Source of the DNA: Alphaproteobacteria bacterium
Lineage (GTDB): Bacteria > Pseudomonadota > Alphaproteobacteria > Micropepsales > Micropepsaceae
NCBI GenBank assembly: GCA_046348525.1
Contig: JAXMEA010000014.1
Coordinates: forward strand, 678-64,677
Reading direction: 5' to 3'
DNA: 64,000 nucleotides
Both the position numbers and the translations under genes were made by a program. The stretch's first letter is position 1; each line of letters begins with the position of its first letter. Below the pieces are notes generated by a model, which saw only the letters and a list, made by a program, of their open reading frames with translations, ran no database searches and was not told the origin of the DNA. Shown here in pieces: positions 13,880 to 23,769 of the stretch.

Positions 13880-15457
13880 CTAGCCCCAGGACTCTTTCAT
13901 CCCCTGGCGCTTGCCGATAGCGGCGGCCGGGGCGGGAATCTCCAGCATCGGCGCGCCCAGGAATTTACCCTGGCCATGATGGAAGCCCATCTCGCGCGCG
14001 GCTTTCGCCATCGCTTCGCTTTCGATCCATTCGGCGATGGTGGTGACGCCCATTTCGCCGCACAGCTTGGCCAGGCCGGCCAGCAGGGCGTCGTCGCGCT
14101 TGGAGCTGCCGATCTTCTGGATCATGGCGCCATCGAATTTCACAAAGTCCACCTGGAAGGCGTGCAGGTAATTGACCGAGGCAGCGCCGGCGCCGAAATC
14201 GTCCAGCCCCACGCGATAGCCCATCTGGCGCAGCGCCTGGATCGCCTTACCGGCGCTTTCCAGATCGGCAATGGCGGCTGTCTCGGTGATTTCGATCAAG
14301 GTGCGAGGCGCCAGCTTGCGGCGCTTGGCCAGCATGGCCGCCAGCATGCCGAAACTGGCGGGGGATGCGATGGTGGCGCCTGAGACATTGAAGGCGACAT
14401 GGGCGTGCGGCTGTTGTTCGATCAGACCCAGCACCTTGTTGGCCACCGCCAGGTCGAACGCGTTGGCGATGCCCAGCGCCTCGATGAACTTGACCGTTTC
14501 GCCGGTGCCTTCGGGATTGGTGAAGCGCGCCAGCGCTTCGTAATGTGAAACCTTGCCATTGGCCAAATCACTGATCGGCTGATAGGCGATCTCGAACGCC
14601 CCCTCGCCCACCGTACGGGTCATTTCCGCCAGTCGCAGCTGGGTCTCGTCCATCATGCCGGTAAAGGCGTCTGCGATATCGGCGCCCGAATCCAGCTTGC
14701 CCTTCTGGGCAAAGCGGTCGATCACATAGCGCAGCGACAACAGGCGCTGTTCGGCGCTGAGGCTTGCCCCCTGAAGGCCGATGCGGGTTTCGCTCATCTT
14801 GGGCGGAACCAGGCCTTTGGCCTTGATCGCATCGGACAGCTTGCCGACCAGGTCCAGCTTGCCACGCGTGGCCGGCGCCAGGGCGCCGAAACTGGTTTCA
14901 GACAGGCGGCCCGTGCTGCTGGCGCCTGCCGTCTGCAGGCTGTCGCCGATGCGCTGCATCAATTCATCGGCGCCGTCCGGTGACAGCTGGGCGCACAGTT
15001 CGGGCAGGCCCGGGACATTGACCAGGGTCAGCGATTGCTTGGCGTCGGCTTTTTCGGCGGCCGCCAGGAAACCATCCCGCGACGCCAGGCCGGTCCTGGG
15101 ATCGATCTCGGCAGAAGGCGCGCGCGAACCGGGGCGCGCCAGGGTGCAGGAAATATGGGCGCCATTGTCGGGCAGGCGGAACATGGCCAGGTTGGCTTCC
15201 GCGCCTGTCGCCAAGGTCAGCTTGAAGGGACCGGCGCGGTCGCCATTCTTGAGCGCCTTGGTGAAAGTGGCGAACTTGATGCCTTCGGATGGCTTGAACA
15301 GCTTGCCCGCAGGCTTTCCCACCAGCTTGTCGCCCGATTCCTTCACCAAGTCATTGGCGGCGCCGGCGGCAAACAGGATCGTGCCCTGCGCGTCCATCTC
15401 GAACAGGAAGTCCGCATTGGCGAAGGCAAAGCCCAGAAGACGGGCAGGATTCGGCAT
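13880..15457 (-). CDS. EAL-domain c-di-GMP phosphodiesterase with N-terminal PAS-like and degenerate GGDEF regions
   Basis: YQPI, YEALARF, FNVS, EITE, LDDFGAG, VKFDG, AEWIE, GQG; the GGDEF position reads RLSETSF. Confidence 0.85.
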   Translation of the reverse strand: MPNPARLLGFAFANADFLFEMDAQGTILFAAGAANDLVKESGDKLVGKPAGKLFKPSEGIKFATFTKALKNGDRAGPFKLTLATGAEANLAMFRLPDNGAHISCTLARPGSRAPSAEIDPRTGLASRDGFLAAAEKADAKQSLTLVNVPGLPELCAQLSPDGADELMQRIGDSLQTAGASSTGRLSETSFGALAPATRGKLDLVGKLSDAIKAKGLVPPKMSETRIGLQGASLSAEQRLLSLRYVIDRFAQKGKLDSGADIADAFTGMMDETQLRLAEMTRTVGEGAFEIAYQPISDLANGKVSHYEALARFTNPEGTGETVKFIEALGIANAFDLAVANKVLGLIEQQPHAHVAFNVSGATIASPASFGMLAAMLAKRRKLAPRTLIEITETAAIADLESAGKAIQALRQMGYRVGLDDFGAGAASVNYLHAFQVDFVKFDGAMIQKIGSSKRDDALLAGLAKLCGEMGVTTIAEWIESEAMAKAAREMGFHHGQGKFLGAPMLEIPAPAAAIGKRQGMKESWG

Positions 15458-15524
15458 GACAACCCCAGGAGGAAGCTGGGGCGAAAGTGACAGGAACTTA
15501 TTAGGATGCTGTAAACGAATGGCC

Positions 15525-16244
15525 TTAGAGGGACGCGCCAAAGCCCGCAAAAATGGCGCGGGACAGGGAATCCTGGGCGAATTGCCACTCCGGATGCCAT
15601 TGCACCCCAAGCAGGAAGCCCTTGGCGCCGGGCATGGAGACCGCCTCGATCTGTCCGTCGGGCGCGCTCGCATCGATGGCCAGGCCGGGGGCCAGCCGGT
15701 CGATGCCCTGGTGATGCAGGGAATTGACCATGGCCTGTGTCAGGCCGGAAAGCCGCGCCAGCAGGCTGTCCGGCGTGATGGCGATGGCATGCGAGGGACC
15801 ATATTCGATATCCAGCGGGACATCGCGCGGCTCGCGGTGATCCAGCCGGCCGGGAATTTCATGCACATGCTGGTGCAGGCTGCCGCCCAGCGCGACATTC
15901 AGTTCCTGGAAGCCGCGGCAGATGGCCAGCAGCGGTTTGCCATGGGTGATGGCGGCGCGCAGCAATGGCAGGGTGGTGGCATCGCGCATTTCGTCCAGCT
16001 GCGTGCCGGGCCGGGCGGCGGCGCCATAATGCGATGGCGCGACATTGGAGGGCGAGCCGGTGAACAAAAGACCGTCCACCGCATCCAGCACGCCGGCGGC
16101 ATCCAGCGGCGTATCTGTGGACGGGATCAGCAGCGGCAGCGCACCCGCGCCCTCCCGAATGGCGATGATGTATTCGTCATTGGCCTGATGCACCGGCATG
16201 TCGCCGGATATGCGGCGATCACAGACGATGCCGACGCTTTTCAC
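15525..16244 (-). CDS. gamma-glutamyl-gamma-aminobutyrate hydrolase family (peptidase C26, PuuD-like)
   Basis: TGSPSNV, AICRGFQE, NSLHHQG, GVQWHPE; GTG start overlaps the lolA stop. Confidence 0.9.
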   Translation of the reverse strand: MKSVGIVCDRRISGDMPVHQANDEYIIAIREGAGALPLLIPSTDTPLDAAGVLDAVDGLLFTGSPSNVAPSHYGAAARPGTQLDEMRDATTLPLLRAAITHGKPLLAICRGFQELNVALGGSLHQHVHEIPGRLDHREPRDVPLDIEYGPSHAIAITPDSLLARLSGLTQAMVNSLHHQGIDRLAPGLAIDASAPDGQIEAVSMPGAKGFLLGVQWHPEWQFAQDSLSRAIFAGFGASL

Positions 16245-16906
16245 CGGTTGGTGCTGGAATTGACGCTGGCCTGGCGCGGCGCCTTGGTGGGCACGGCGAA
16301 GATCGCCGGATCCAGGGTGGCGCCAACCTGCAGGTTGCGCAGCGCCACGGTGGTGTTGCCGCCCTGGGCGTCCTTCACAGTCCATTGCCGCAGTTCGATG
16401 GCAGGCGCGGAGAAGACCAGGGTGATGTTGGAATTGTTGCGGTTGGTGGTGGTGCGGGCGCGCACGATGATGGCGCCCTCCTGCTGGGTCACGCCCATCA
16501 CCGCCCTGTTGCGCGCCAGGTCGACGGTGTCGTTCAGCAGCAGGCCCAGCGGGGTATCCGACAAATCGTAATTGTCGATGGTGTTGAGCTTGGAATTCTT
16601 GACATAAACCCGGCCGCCGGTGGCGGTGATGGAGACCGGACTGGGCGGGCGGTATTCGAAACGGATCTGGCCGGGCTTCTGGATGGCGACTTCACCCTGG
16701 TCGACGCCACCCTGCGGCCCGATCTGGACAAAGCCGGCGCGCAGGGAATGGATGCTGTTGAGATAGGCGCTGATCTTGTCGAGATCGGCCTTTTCCTGAT
16801 CGCTAAAGGCCTGGTAGAGGCGCTGTGGCGCCTGCTGGCCCGCACCGCCCAGAAGGGCGATGGAGCACACAGCGACAAGAGCGAGGGTAAAACGGCGCAT
16901 CGTCAA
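16241..16906 (-). CDS. lolA: outer-membrane lipoprotein carrier LolA family
   Basis: Signal peptide; FVQIGPQG, KPGQIRFEY, TPLGLLL, LRQWTVKDAQG. Confidence 0.85.
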   Translation of the reverse strand: MTMRRFTLALVAVCSIALLGGAGQQAPQRLYQAFSDQEKADLDKISAYLNSIHSLRAGFVQIGPQGGVDQGEVAIQKPGQIRFEYRPPSPVSITATGGRVYVKNSKLNTIDNYDLSDTPLGLLLNDTVDLARNRAVMGVTQQEGAIIVRARTTTNRNNSNITLVFSAPAIELRQWTVKDAQGGNTTVALRNLQVGATLDPAIFAVPTKAPRQASVNSSTNR

Positions 16907-17011
16907 AGCTCACACGGCAAAGATGGAGGTATTGAGGCCATTTGCGGCTGAATGAGGGGCAAGATAGATTCCGCGTCCGAATAAGCAACCCCCGGATTTT
17001 TCGCAGATTTC

Positions 17012-17989
17012 ATGTCCGATTCCCTTACCCATATCGCCGTGCTGGGCGCCGGCGCCTGGGGCACCGCCCTGGCTTTGGCCGCCCATGCCGCCGGGCGCCA
17101 GGCGACCCTGTGGGTGCGCGAAGAAGATGTGCTGGCCGATATCCGCGCCGGGCGCGGCAACCGCTTTTTGCCGGGCGTGGCGCTGCCGGACGGCATGGCG
17201 ATCACCGGCGATCTGGTACAGGCGGCCAAGGCCGATGCGCTGTTGCTGGTGGTGCCGGCCCAGGTGCTGCATGCGTTTGCCGACACGCTGAAGCCGCATC
17301 TGCGCGCCGGCACGCCGCTGGTGATCTGCGCCAAGGGCATCGAGAAAGGCAGCGGCAAGCTGGTGACCGAAGTCGCCGCGCAGGCTCTGCCGGATGCGGC
17401 GCTGGCCATCCTGTCGGGTCCCAGCTTTGCGCGCGATGTCGCCAGGGGCCTTCCCACCGCCGTCACCATCGCGGCCAAGGGCGAACTGGCGGGCAAGCTA
17501 CAGACGGCACTGAGCGGGCCTGTGTTCCGCCCCTATGCCAGCGACGACCTGACCGGGGTGGCGCTGGGCGGCGCGGCCAAGAATGTCTATGCCATCGCCT
17601 GCGGCGTGGTCGAGGGCATGGGGCTGGGCGAAAATGCCCGCGCAGCGCTGTTGGCGCGCAGCTTCGCCGAGCTGTCCCGGCTGGGCGAAGCCTTGGGTGC
17701 CAGGCGTGAAACCTTGATGGGCCTGTCGGGGCTGGGCGACCTGGTGCTCACTGCCACCAGCAAGTCGTCGCGCAATTTTTCGTATGGCGTGGCGCTGGGC
17801 GAAGGCACAAAGCCTGCGGGCGCGCTGGCCGAAGGCGTGGACACCGCGCCGGCGCTGGTGGCGCGCGCCAAGGCGGTGGGCGTGGAGATGCCCATCGCAG
17901 AGGCGATGGCCGATCTGCTGAGCGGGGCGCTGCCGCTGGGTGAAGCCATGCTGCGGTTGATGAGCCGCCCCCTCAAGACCGAAAAATAA
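17012..17989 (+). CDS. gpsA: NAD(P)H-dependent glycerol-3-phosphate dehydrogenase
   Basis: GAGAWGTALA, AKGIE, SGPSFA, KNVYAI, GLGDLVLT, SRN. Confidence 0.97.
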   Translation: MSDSLTHIAVLGAGAWGTALALAAHAAGRQATLWVREEDVLADIRAGRGNRFLPGVALPDGMAITGDLVQAAKADALLLVVPAQVLHAFADTLKPHLRAGTPLVICAKGIEKGSGKLVTEVAAQALPDAALAILSGPSFARDVARGLPTAVTIAAKGELAGKLQTALSGPVFRPYASDDLTGVALGGAAKNVYAIACGVVEGMGLGENARAALLARSFAELSRLGEALGARRETLMGLSGLGDLVLTATSKSSRNFSYGVALGEGTKPAGALAEGVDTAPALVARAKAVGVEMPIAEAMADLLSGALPLGEAMLRLMSRPLKTEK

Positions 17990-18002
17990 GAAAGCGGAAG
18001 CG

Positions 18003-18419
18003 ATGGCCTACTGGCTGTTCAAGAGCGAGCCCGAGACCTGGTCCTGGGAGATGCAGAAGAAAAAAGGCGCCAAGGGTGAGCCCTGGAGCGGCGTGCGCAA
18101 CCACACCGCCAAGCAGAACATGATGAAGATGAAGAAGGGCGATCTGGGCTTCTTCTATCATTCCGGCGAAGAAAAGGCCGTGGTCGGCATCGTGGAAGTG
18201 ACCGGCGAATACCGCCCCGACCCCACCGACGAGAAAGGCCAGTTCGGCCTGGTGATCGTCCAGGCCGTGAAGGATGTGCCCAAGCCTGTCACCCTGGCCG
18301 GCTGCAAGGCCAATCCCAAATTGGCCGAGATGTCGCTGGTCAACAGCTTCCGCCTGTCGGTGCAGCCGGTGACGGCCGCCGAATGGAAGGAAGTGTGCAG
18401 AATGGGTGGCGTGAAGTAG
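18003..18419 (+). CDS. EVE domain protein
   Basis: YWLFKSEP, WSGVRN, FFYHS, RLSVQPV. Confidence 0.95.
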   Translation: MAYWLFKSEPETWSWEMQKKKGAKGEPWSGVRNHTAKQNMMKMKKGDLGFFYHSGEEKAVVGIVEVTGEYRPDPTDEKGQFGLVIVQAVKDVPKPVTLAGCKANPKLAEMSLVNSFRLSVQPVTAAEWKEVCRMGGVK

Positions 18420-20015
18420 CTACTTCGCGAACTTGGCGGCGAAGAAGTCGCCCTTGTTCCAGCTGGGGCGCGGCCCATCGGCCAGCTCGCGCGTGATCGC
18501 GAAGTTCAGCCGCGCGAACTTGGCGCCCACGTCATAACGGATCGGCTGGGACAGGTCGTCGCTGGGCTTGTGATAGTTGGTGCGCATGAAGAACAGGGTC
18601 GCTTCCTTGCCGCCATTGGCGAAGCCGGTGGCCAGGAACACCGCCGGGATGCCCTGTTCGACAAAGCGGTAGTGGTCGGAGCGAGTGAAGATGCCTTCAT
18701 CCGGTTCGGGGTCGGGCGACAGCGCGATATTCATGGTGGCGGCGGCGCGCTTGACCGATGGCCCGATGCTGGAGCGATCGGCGCCGAACGCCGTCACATC
18801 GGTGAAGTCGTAAGTGAGGATCGGCATGTCCAGGTCGACATCGGCGACGATTGCCGCTTTGGGGACGGTGGGATTGCGCGCGAAATAGTCGGCGCCGATC
18901 AGGCCCTTCTCCTCGGCGGTATCGACCAGGAACAGCAGGGAGCGTTTGGGCGCCTTGCCGCGAAACAGCCGCGCCACTTCCAGGGTGGTGGCCACACCCG
19001 AAGCGTTGTCCAGGGCGCCATTGTTGATGCTATCGCCCTTCACCGGCGGCGTGATGCCGATATGGTCCAGATGGGCGGACAGCACCACATATTCATTCTT
19101 CAATTTGGGATCGCTGCCGGGCAGCACGCCCACGATATTCTCGCTTTCGCTGGTCTTGATTTCGGTGTGCATTTCCACCTTCAGCGACAGCGGCAGCGCG
19201 AAACCCTTGATGGCGCCGTCCTTTGTCTCGGCGGCGTCCAGGATGGCGTTGGTCTTGTCGCCCAGCAGCTTGGAGGCGCCCGCCACACTGACAAAGGCCA
19301 GCGATGGCAGCGGCACCGGCACGAAGGGCTTGCCGTCCGCATGGCGCCAGGTCATGCCCCAGCTTTTGTACTGCCGCGCGATGTTGGCGAAGGGATAGAG
19401 CTTTTCACCAGTGCGGGTGCCGATGGAGACAAATCCCACCGCGCCGCGCTGCAGCGCCGCTTTCAGCTTGGTACGCCCGTTGCGATAGTAGGCGCGTTCC
19501 TCGGTCTGCAGGAACCGGGGCGCACCCGACAGCGCCACCACGATCTTGCCCTTCACATCCAGGCCTTTGTAATCGTCGCGGCCATGTTCGGGCGCCACCA
19601 GGCCATAACCCACGAACACCAGCGGCGCGCTTACCGACAGGTTTTCCGCCATCGGCGTATCGCCGGTGAGATAATCCTTGCCGAAAACCAGCGGGATGGC
19701 GCGGCCATCCGCGCCGGTCAGCGCAACCTTGCCTTCATCGCGCGGGCGCCAGGCCACCAGCGGGACATGCTGGAAGTAAGACCCCGTGTCGCCCTTCTTG
19801 TCTCCTTGGGGCACCAGCCCGATCTTCTTCATCTGGTCGGCGACATAGTTGGCCGCCATGTCGTATTCGGGCGTACCGGCCTCGCGGCCTTTCAACCGGT
19901 CGCTGGCCAGGAAGGCCATGTCGGCCTTGATGTTGGCGGCGGAGTCGGAAGACGGCTGCGCCGCGACCGGCCCCAGCAAGACCACAAATGCCAGCAAAAT
20001 CCGGGACGTTTTCAT
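18420..20015 (-). CDS. M28 family aminopeptidase with PA domain
   Basis: Signal peptide; SAHLDH, NGALDNASG, AEEKGL, RSDH, YHKPSD. Confidence 0.92.
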   Translation of the reverse strand: MKTSRILLAFVVLLGPVAAQPSSDSAANIKADMAFLASDRLKGREAGTPEYDMAANYVADQMKKIGLVPQGDKKGDTGSYFQHVPLVAWRPRDEGKVALTGADGRAIPLVFGKDYLTGDTPMAENLSVSAPLVFVGYGLVAPEHGRDDYKGLDVKGKIVVALSGAPRFLQTEERAYYRNGRTKLKAALQRGAVGFVSIGTRTGEKLYPFANIARQYKSWGMTWRHADGKPFVPVPLPSLAFVSVAGASKLLGDKTNAILDAAETKDGAIKGFALPLSLKVEMHTEIKTSESENIVGVLPGSDPKLKNEYVVLSAHLDHIGITPPVKGDSINNGALDNASGVATTLEVARLFRGKAPKRSLLFLVDTAEEKGLIGADYFARNPTVPKAAIVADVDLDMPILTYDFTDVTAFGADRSSIGPSVKRAAATMNIALSPDPEPDEGIFTRSDHYRFVEQGIPAVFLATGFANGGKEATLFFMRTNYHKPSDDLSQPIRYDVGAKFARLNFAITRELADGPRPSWNKGDFFAAKFAK

Positions 20016-20028
20016 CGCCACTCCGAAA

Positions 20029-20502
20029 TTACAGGTATCGCCGCAGGAGCAAAGTATAGGGCGAAAATCCCGCCCCTTCATAGGAGCGGATGGCCCGGCT
20101 GTTATGCGCCAGCACGCCGACCATCAGAAGCTTGTGGCCGCGGGCTTTCGACCAACCTTCGCAGGCTGTCATCAAGGCACGGCCCACGCCTTTGCCGCGC
20201 GCATCGGGGATCACGAACAGTTCGGCCAGGAAGCCGTGGCGGCGTTCCGGCTCCTTGATGAAAAGCTGGCCGTGTTCTTCATAGGCAAAGGCCCAGCCCA
20301 GCGGGCGATCACCGTCCTCGGCGATGAACATGGCGCCATGCTTTTCGGCGCATTTGTGCTGGACGTCGCGCCAATGGTCGGCGGCGAAATCGGGATCGCG
20401 GCGGCGGTCGGATTCGAAACCGGCCTCGTAATCCTGCAGGCCGATGATGAAGGACAGGATCGCCGGCTCGTCGGCCGGCAGCTTTGCTTCGCGCAGGTTA
20501 AT
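20029..20502 (-). CDS. GNAT acetyltransferase (non-ATG start, ATT or CTG, proposed at the pntB stop)
   Basis: ELFVIPDARGKGVG, N..AIRSYE..GF. The frame is open up to the pntB stop and begins (I)NLREAK. Confidence 0.75.
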   Translation of the reverse strand: MNLREAKLPADEPAILSFIIGLQDYEAGFESDRRRDPDFAADHWRDVQHKCAEKHGAMFIAEDGDRPLGWAFAYEEHGQLFIKEPERRHGFLAELFVIPDARGKGVGRALMTACEGWSKARGHKLLMVGVLAHNSRAIRSYEGAGFSPYTLLLRRYL

Positions 20503-21904
20503 GGTCGAGCGCCTTGACGATTTCTTCGGTCATCTTCTTGGCGTCGGCGAACAGCATCATGGTGTTGTCGCGGAAGAACAGTTCGTTCTCCACGCCGGCA
20601 TAGCCGGCGCCCATGCCACGCTTGATGAAGAGGACGGTCTTGGCCTTTTCCACGTCCAGCACCGGCATGCCGAAGATCGGCGACTTGGGATCGGTCTTGG
20701 CGCTGGGATTGGTGACGTCGTTGGCGCCGATCACATAAGCCACGTCGGCCTGGGCGAACTGGCTGTTGATGTCTTCCAGCTCGAACACTTCGTCATACGG
20801 CACATTGGCTTCCGCCAGCAGTACGTTCATGTGGCCGGGCATGCGGCCCGCCACCGGATGAATGGCATAGCTGACCTTGACGCCTTCGGCCTTCAACTTG
20901 TCGGCCATTTCGCGCAGCGCATGCTGGGCCTGGGCCACCGCCATGCCGTAGCCGGGCACGATGATGACGCTGGAGGCGTTCTTCATGATGAAGGCGGCAT
21001 CGTCCGAAGAGCCCTGTTTCACCGGGCGGTTTTCCACCGCGCCGCCAGCCGCAGCCGCCCCCGCATCGCCGCCGAAGCCGCCGGCGATGACGCTGACGAA
21101 GCTGCGGTTCATGCCCTTGCACATGATGTAGGACAGGATGGCGCCCGAAGAACCCACCAGCGCGCCGGTGATGATCAGGGCGGTATTCTCAAGCGTGAAG
21201 CCGATGCCGGCCGCCGCCCAGCCCGAATAGGAGTTCAGCATCGACACCACGACGGGCATGTCGGCGCCGCCGATGGGAATGATCAGGGTAATGCCGAAAA
21301 CGAAGGACAGGCCCGTGATCGCCCAGAAGGTCCATTCCTGCTGGTCCATCACGAAATAGACGATCAGGCCGATGATGCCGGCGAACAGCGCCAGGTTCAG
21401 CAGATGGCGGGCCGGCAGCAGGATCGGCGCGCCCTTCATGTTGCCATTCAGCTTGGCGAAAGCGATGACGGAACCGGCAAAGGTGATGATACCGATGGCG
21501 ACGCCCAGGCTCATTTCCACCAGGCTCTGGGTGCGGATGGCGCCGACCGAACCGATGCCGAACGCGTCAGGCGAATAGAAGGCCGCCGCAGCGGTCAGCA
21601 CCGCGGCCAGGCCGACCAGGGAGTGGAACGCCGCGACCAGCTGGGGCATCGCGGTCATGGCGATGCGCTTGGCCATGATGGCGCCGATACCGCCGCCCAC
21701 AGCCAGGCCGCCGACGATCAGGCCGATGGTGACCGGATCGCTGACCCCGGCCACCCACAAGGTGGTGCCGATGGCCAGCGCCATGCCCAGCATGCCGTTG
21801 CGGTTGCCCGCCTGGCTGGTGGCGGGAGAGGACAGGCCTTTGAGCGCCAGGATGAAGAAGACGCCCGAAGCCAGATAAAGAAGTGCGGCGATATCGGCGG
21901 TCAT
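20498..21904 (-). CDS. pntB: NAD(P) transhydrogenase subunit beta
   Basis: MPQLVAAFHSLVG, GGADMPVV, HPVAGRMPGHMNVLL, GANDVTNP. Confidence 0.98.
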   Translation of the reverse strand: MTADIAALLYLASGVFFILALKGLSSPATSQAGNRNGMLGMALAIGTTLWVAGVSDPVTIGLIVGGLAVGGGIGAIMAKRIAMTAMPQLVAAFHSLVGLAAVLTAAAAFYSPDAFGIGSVGAIRTQSLVEMSLGVAIGIITFAGSVIAFAKLNGNMKGAPILLPARHLLNLALFAGIIGLIVYFVMDQQEWTFWAITGLSFVFGITLIIPIGGADMPVVVSMLNSYSGWAAAGIGFTLENTALIITGALVGSSGAILSYIMCKGMNRSFVSVIAGGFGGDAGAAAAGGAVENRPVKQGSSDDAAFIMKNASSVIIVPGYGMAVAQAQHALREMADKLKAEGVKVSYAIHPVAGRMPGHMNVLLAEANVPYDEVFELEDINSQFAQADVAYVIGANDVTNPSAKTDPKSPIFGMPVLDVEKAKTVLFIKRGMGAGYAGVENELFFRDNTMMLFADAKKMTEEIVKALDH

Positions 21905-21905
21905 C

Positions 21906-22211
21906 TTACTTCGCCTTCTTCTTGTACATCGCCAGCATGCGGGCGGTGACCAGGAAGCCGCCGAAGATGTTCACCGACGCCATGGCCAGCGCTGCGACGC
22001 CCAGCCCCTTGGACAGCCAGGACGCGTCCGAGATCACCGGCACCGCGCAAGCCACCAGCGCGCCCACCACGATCACCGAGGAGATGGCGTTGGTCACCGC
22101 CATCAGCGGGGTGTGCAGCGCAGGCGTCACGCCCCACACCACGAAATAACCCACGAAGATCGCCAGCACGAAGATGGACAGGCGAAACACGAAAGGATCG
22201 ATCATTTCCAT
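21906..22211 (-). CDS. pntAB: NAD(P) transhydrogenase subunit alpha part 2
   Basis: VTPALHTPLMAVTNAISS, NIFGGF. Confidence 0.95.
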   Translation of the reverse strand: MEMIDPFVFRLSIFVLAIFVGYFVVWGVTPALHTPLMAVTNAISSVIVVGALVACAVPVISDASWLSKGLGVAALAMASVNIFGGFLVTARMLAMYKKKAK

Positions 22212-22231
22212 TTGCAGCCCCCGCCGTATGC

Positions 22232-23353
22232 CTAGCTTCTTGCCACCGGCGCGCCGTCCTTGGTGACGGCGGAGCCTTTTACGATTTCGTCGTTCCAGTC
22301 CAGGTTCAGTGCGCCCGTCTTCTTGTCCACAATCAGGGACAGGAAGTTGAACAGGTTGCGGGCATAGAGGGACGAGGCGTCCACCGCCAGCGCGCCCGGC
22401 AGATTGGTCGGGCCCATGATGGTGACGCCATGCACCTCCACCACTTCATCGGGCTTTGAGAGCGGGGTGTTGCCGCCCGCGCCGGCCGCCAGGTCCACGA
22501 TCACCGAACCCGGCTTCATGGTCTTGATCATGTCCTCGGTCACCAGGATCGGCGCCTTGCGGCCGGGGATCAGGGCGGTGGTGATGACGATGTCCTGCTT
22601 CTTGATCGTTTCAGCCGTCAGCGCCGCCTGCTTGGCCTGGTATTCGGCGCTCATCGGCTTGGCGTAGCCGGCGGCGGTCTGGGCGTTCTTGAATTCCTCG
22701 TCCATCACCGCGACGAAGGTGCCGCCCAGGGACTCAACCTGCTCCTTGGTGGCGGGACGCACGTCGGTGGCGCTGACGATGGCGCCCATGCGCTTGGCGG
22801 TGGCGATAGCCTGAAGACCGGCAACACCGACACCCATGATCAGCACGCGCGCCGGCGCGATGGTGCCCGCCGCGGTCATCATCATGGGCATGGCGCGGCC
22901 GAAGGTGGCGGCGGCGTCCACTACTGCCTTGTAACCGGCCAGGTTTGCCTGGCTCGACAGCACGTCCATCGACTGGGCGCGGGAAATGCGCGGCAAAAAT
23001 TCCATCGCGAACGCGGTGACACCCGCCGCCGCCAGGGCATTGATATTGTCCTGCTCGGTATGGGGCGACAGAAGGGCGGCGAGAACCGCGCCCTTCTTGA
23101 GATTGGCGATCTCCGGTCCCTGGGGTCCGCGCACCATCAGGACGATATCGGCGTCCCGCACGGTGGAAGCGGCATCGGGTGCGATGGTCGCCCCCGCGGC
23201 CTGATAGTCGGCGTCGGCGATCTTGGCGCCGGCGCCGGCTCCCGCCTGGACCACCAGGTCCAGTCCCAGGCCCTTGAGCTTTTTGACGGATTCCGGGGTC
23301 GCGGCCACGCGCGTCTCACCGGGGCGGGTTTCCTTCGGGATCGCGACGCGCAT
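22232..23353 (-). CDS. pntAA: NAD(P) transhydrogenase subunit alpha part 1
   Basis: ETRVAATP, PRISRAQSMDVLSSQ, GVGVAGLQ, TALIPG. Confidence 0.97.
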   Translation of the reverse strand: MRVAIPKETRPGETRVAATPESVKKLKGLGLDLVVQAGAGAGAKIADADYQAAGATIAPDAASTVRDADIVLMVRGPQGPEIANLKKGAVLAALLSPHTEQDNINALAAAGVTAFAMEFLPRISRAQSMDVLSSQANLAGYKAVVDAAATFGRAMPMMMTAAGTIAPARVLIMGVGVAGLQAIATAKRMGAIVSATDVRPATKEQVESLGGTFVAVMDEEFKNAQTAAGYAKPMSAEYQAKQAALTAETIKKQDIVITTALIPGRKAPILVTEDMIKTMKPGSVIVDLAAGAGGNTPLSKPDEVVEVHGVTIMGPTNLPGALAVDASSLYARNLFNFLSLIVDKKTGALNLDWNDEIVKGSAVTKDGAPVARS

Positions 23354-23368
23354 GAGAGACCTTCCGGC

Positions 23369-23518
23369 CTAACCGTGGGTGCGGAACAGGGCGAGGAAGA
23401 CCATGATGAGCATGACAAAACCAAAGGTCCACTTGGACCCGGTCAGAAAGCCAGCATAGGCCTTCTTGTGCGCGGTGATGTCCATGGATCCGGGCTGATA
23501 ATCGGATTCGTGCGCCAT
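23369..23518 (-). CDS. aa3-type cytochrome c oxidase subunit IV family small protein (49 aa, not in ORF track)
   Basis: Manual translation MAHESDYQPGSMDITAHKKAYAGFLTGSKWTFGFVMLIMVFLALFRTHG; GSMDI..H..Y..F motif plus one TM helix. Confidence 0.85.
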   Translation of the reverse strand: MAHESDYQPGSMDITAHKKAYAGFLTGSKWTFGFVMLIMVFLALFRTHG

Positions 23519-23769
23519 AAGGCCCCCATTTATGCTGCAAAAGTGGGCGGACTATAGCAAACGCGTGCGCTGCGGCAACTTGGTTTATTAAGCCTTTCCC
23601 GCAAGGGGTTTGGCCGGATTGCCGCGGCGATCCGGTCCGGAATCAGCCCGATTCATGTTTGATTAAGCACCGAAAATGCGGCCCTTCCTGTACCGCAAAG
23701 GAACAGGCTTAAACGCCACATTTACCTGTGCCGCTGCATCCTCGCGTCTCATTTTGAGAGGCGTATGTC

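Noticed and set aside
18003..18419. EVE protein as part of a modification-dependent defence system
   Set aside because: Stand-alone EVE next to gpsA is a common housekeeping context; no nuclease nearby.
18413..18426. Palindrome GAAGTAGCTACTTC at abutting convergent stop codons
   Set aside because: Explained by both genes ending in ...G-AAG-TAG head to head.
23580..23730. Possible CtrA sites and GANTC sites upstream of tacA
   Set aside because: TTAA half sites and two GANTC are present, but no clean TTAA-N7-TTAA; too weak to call.
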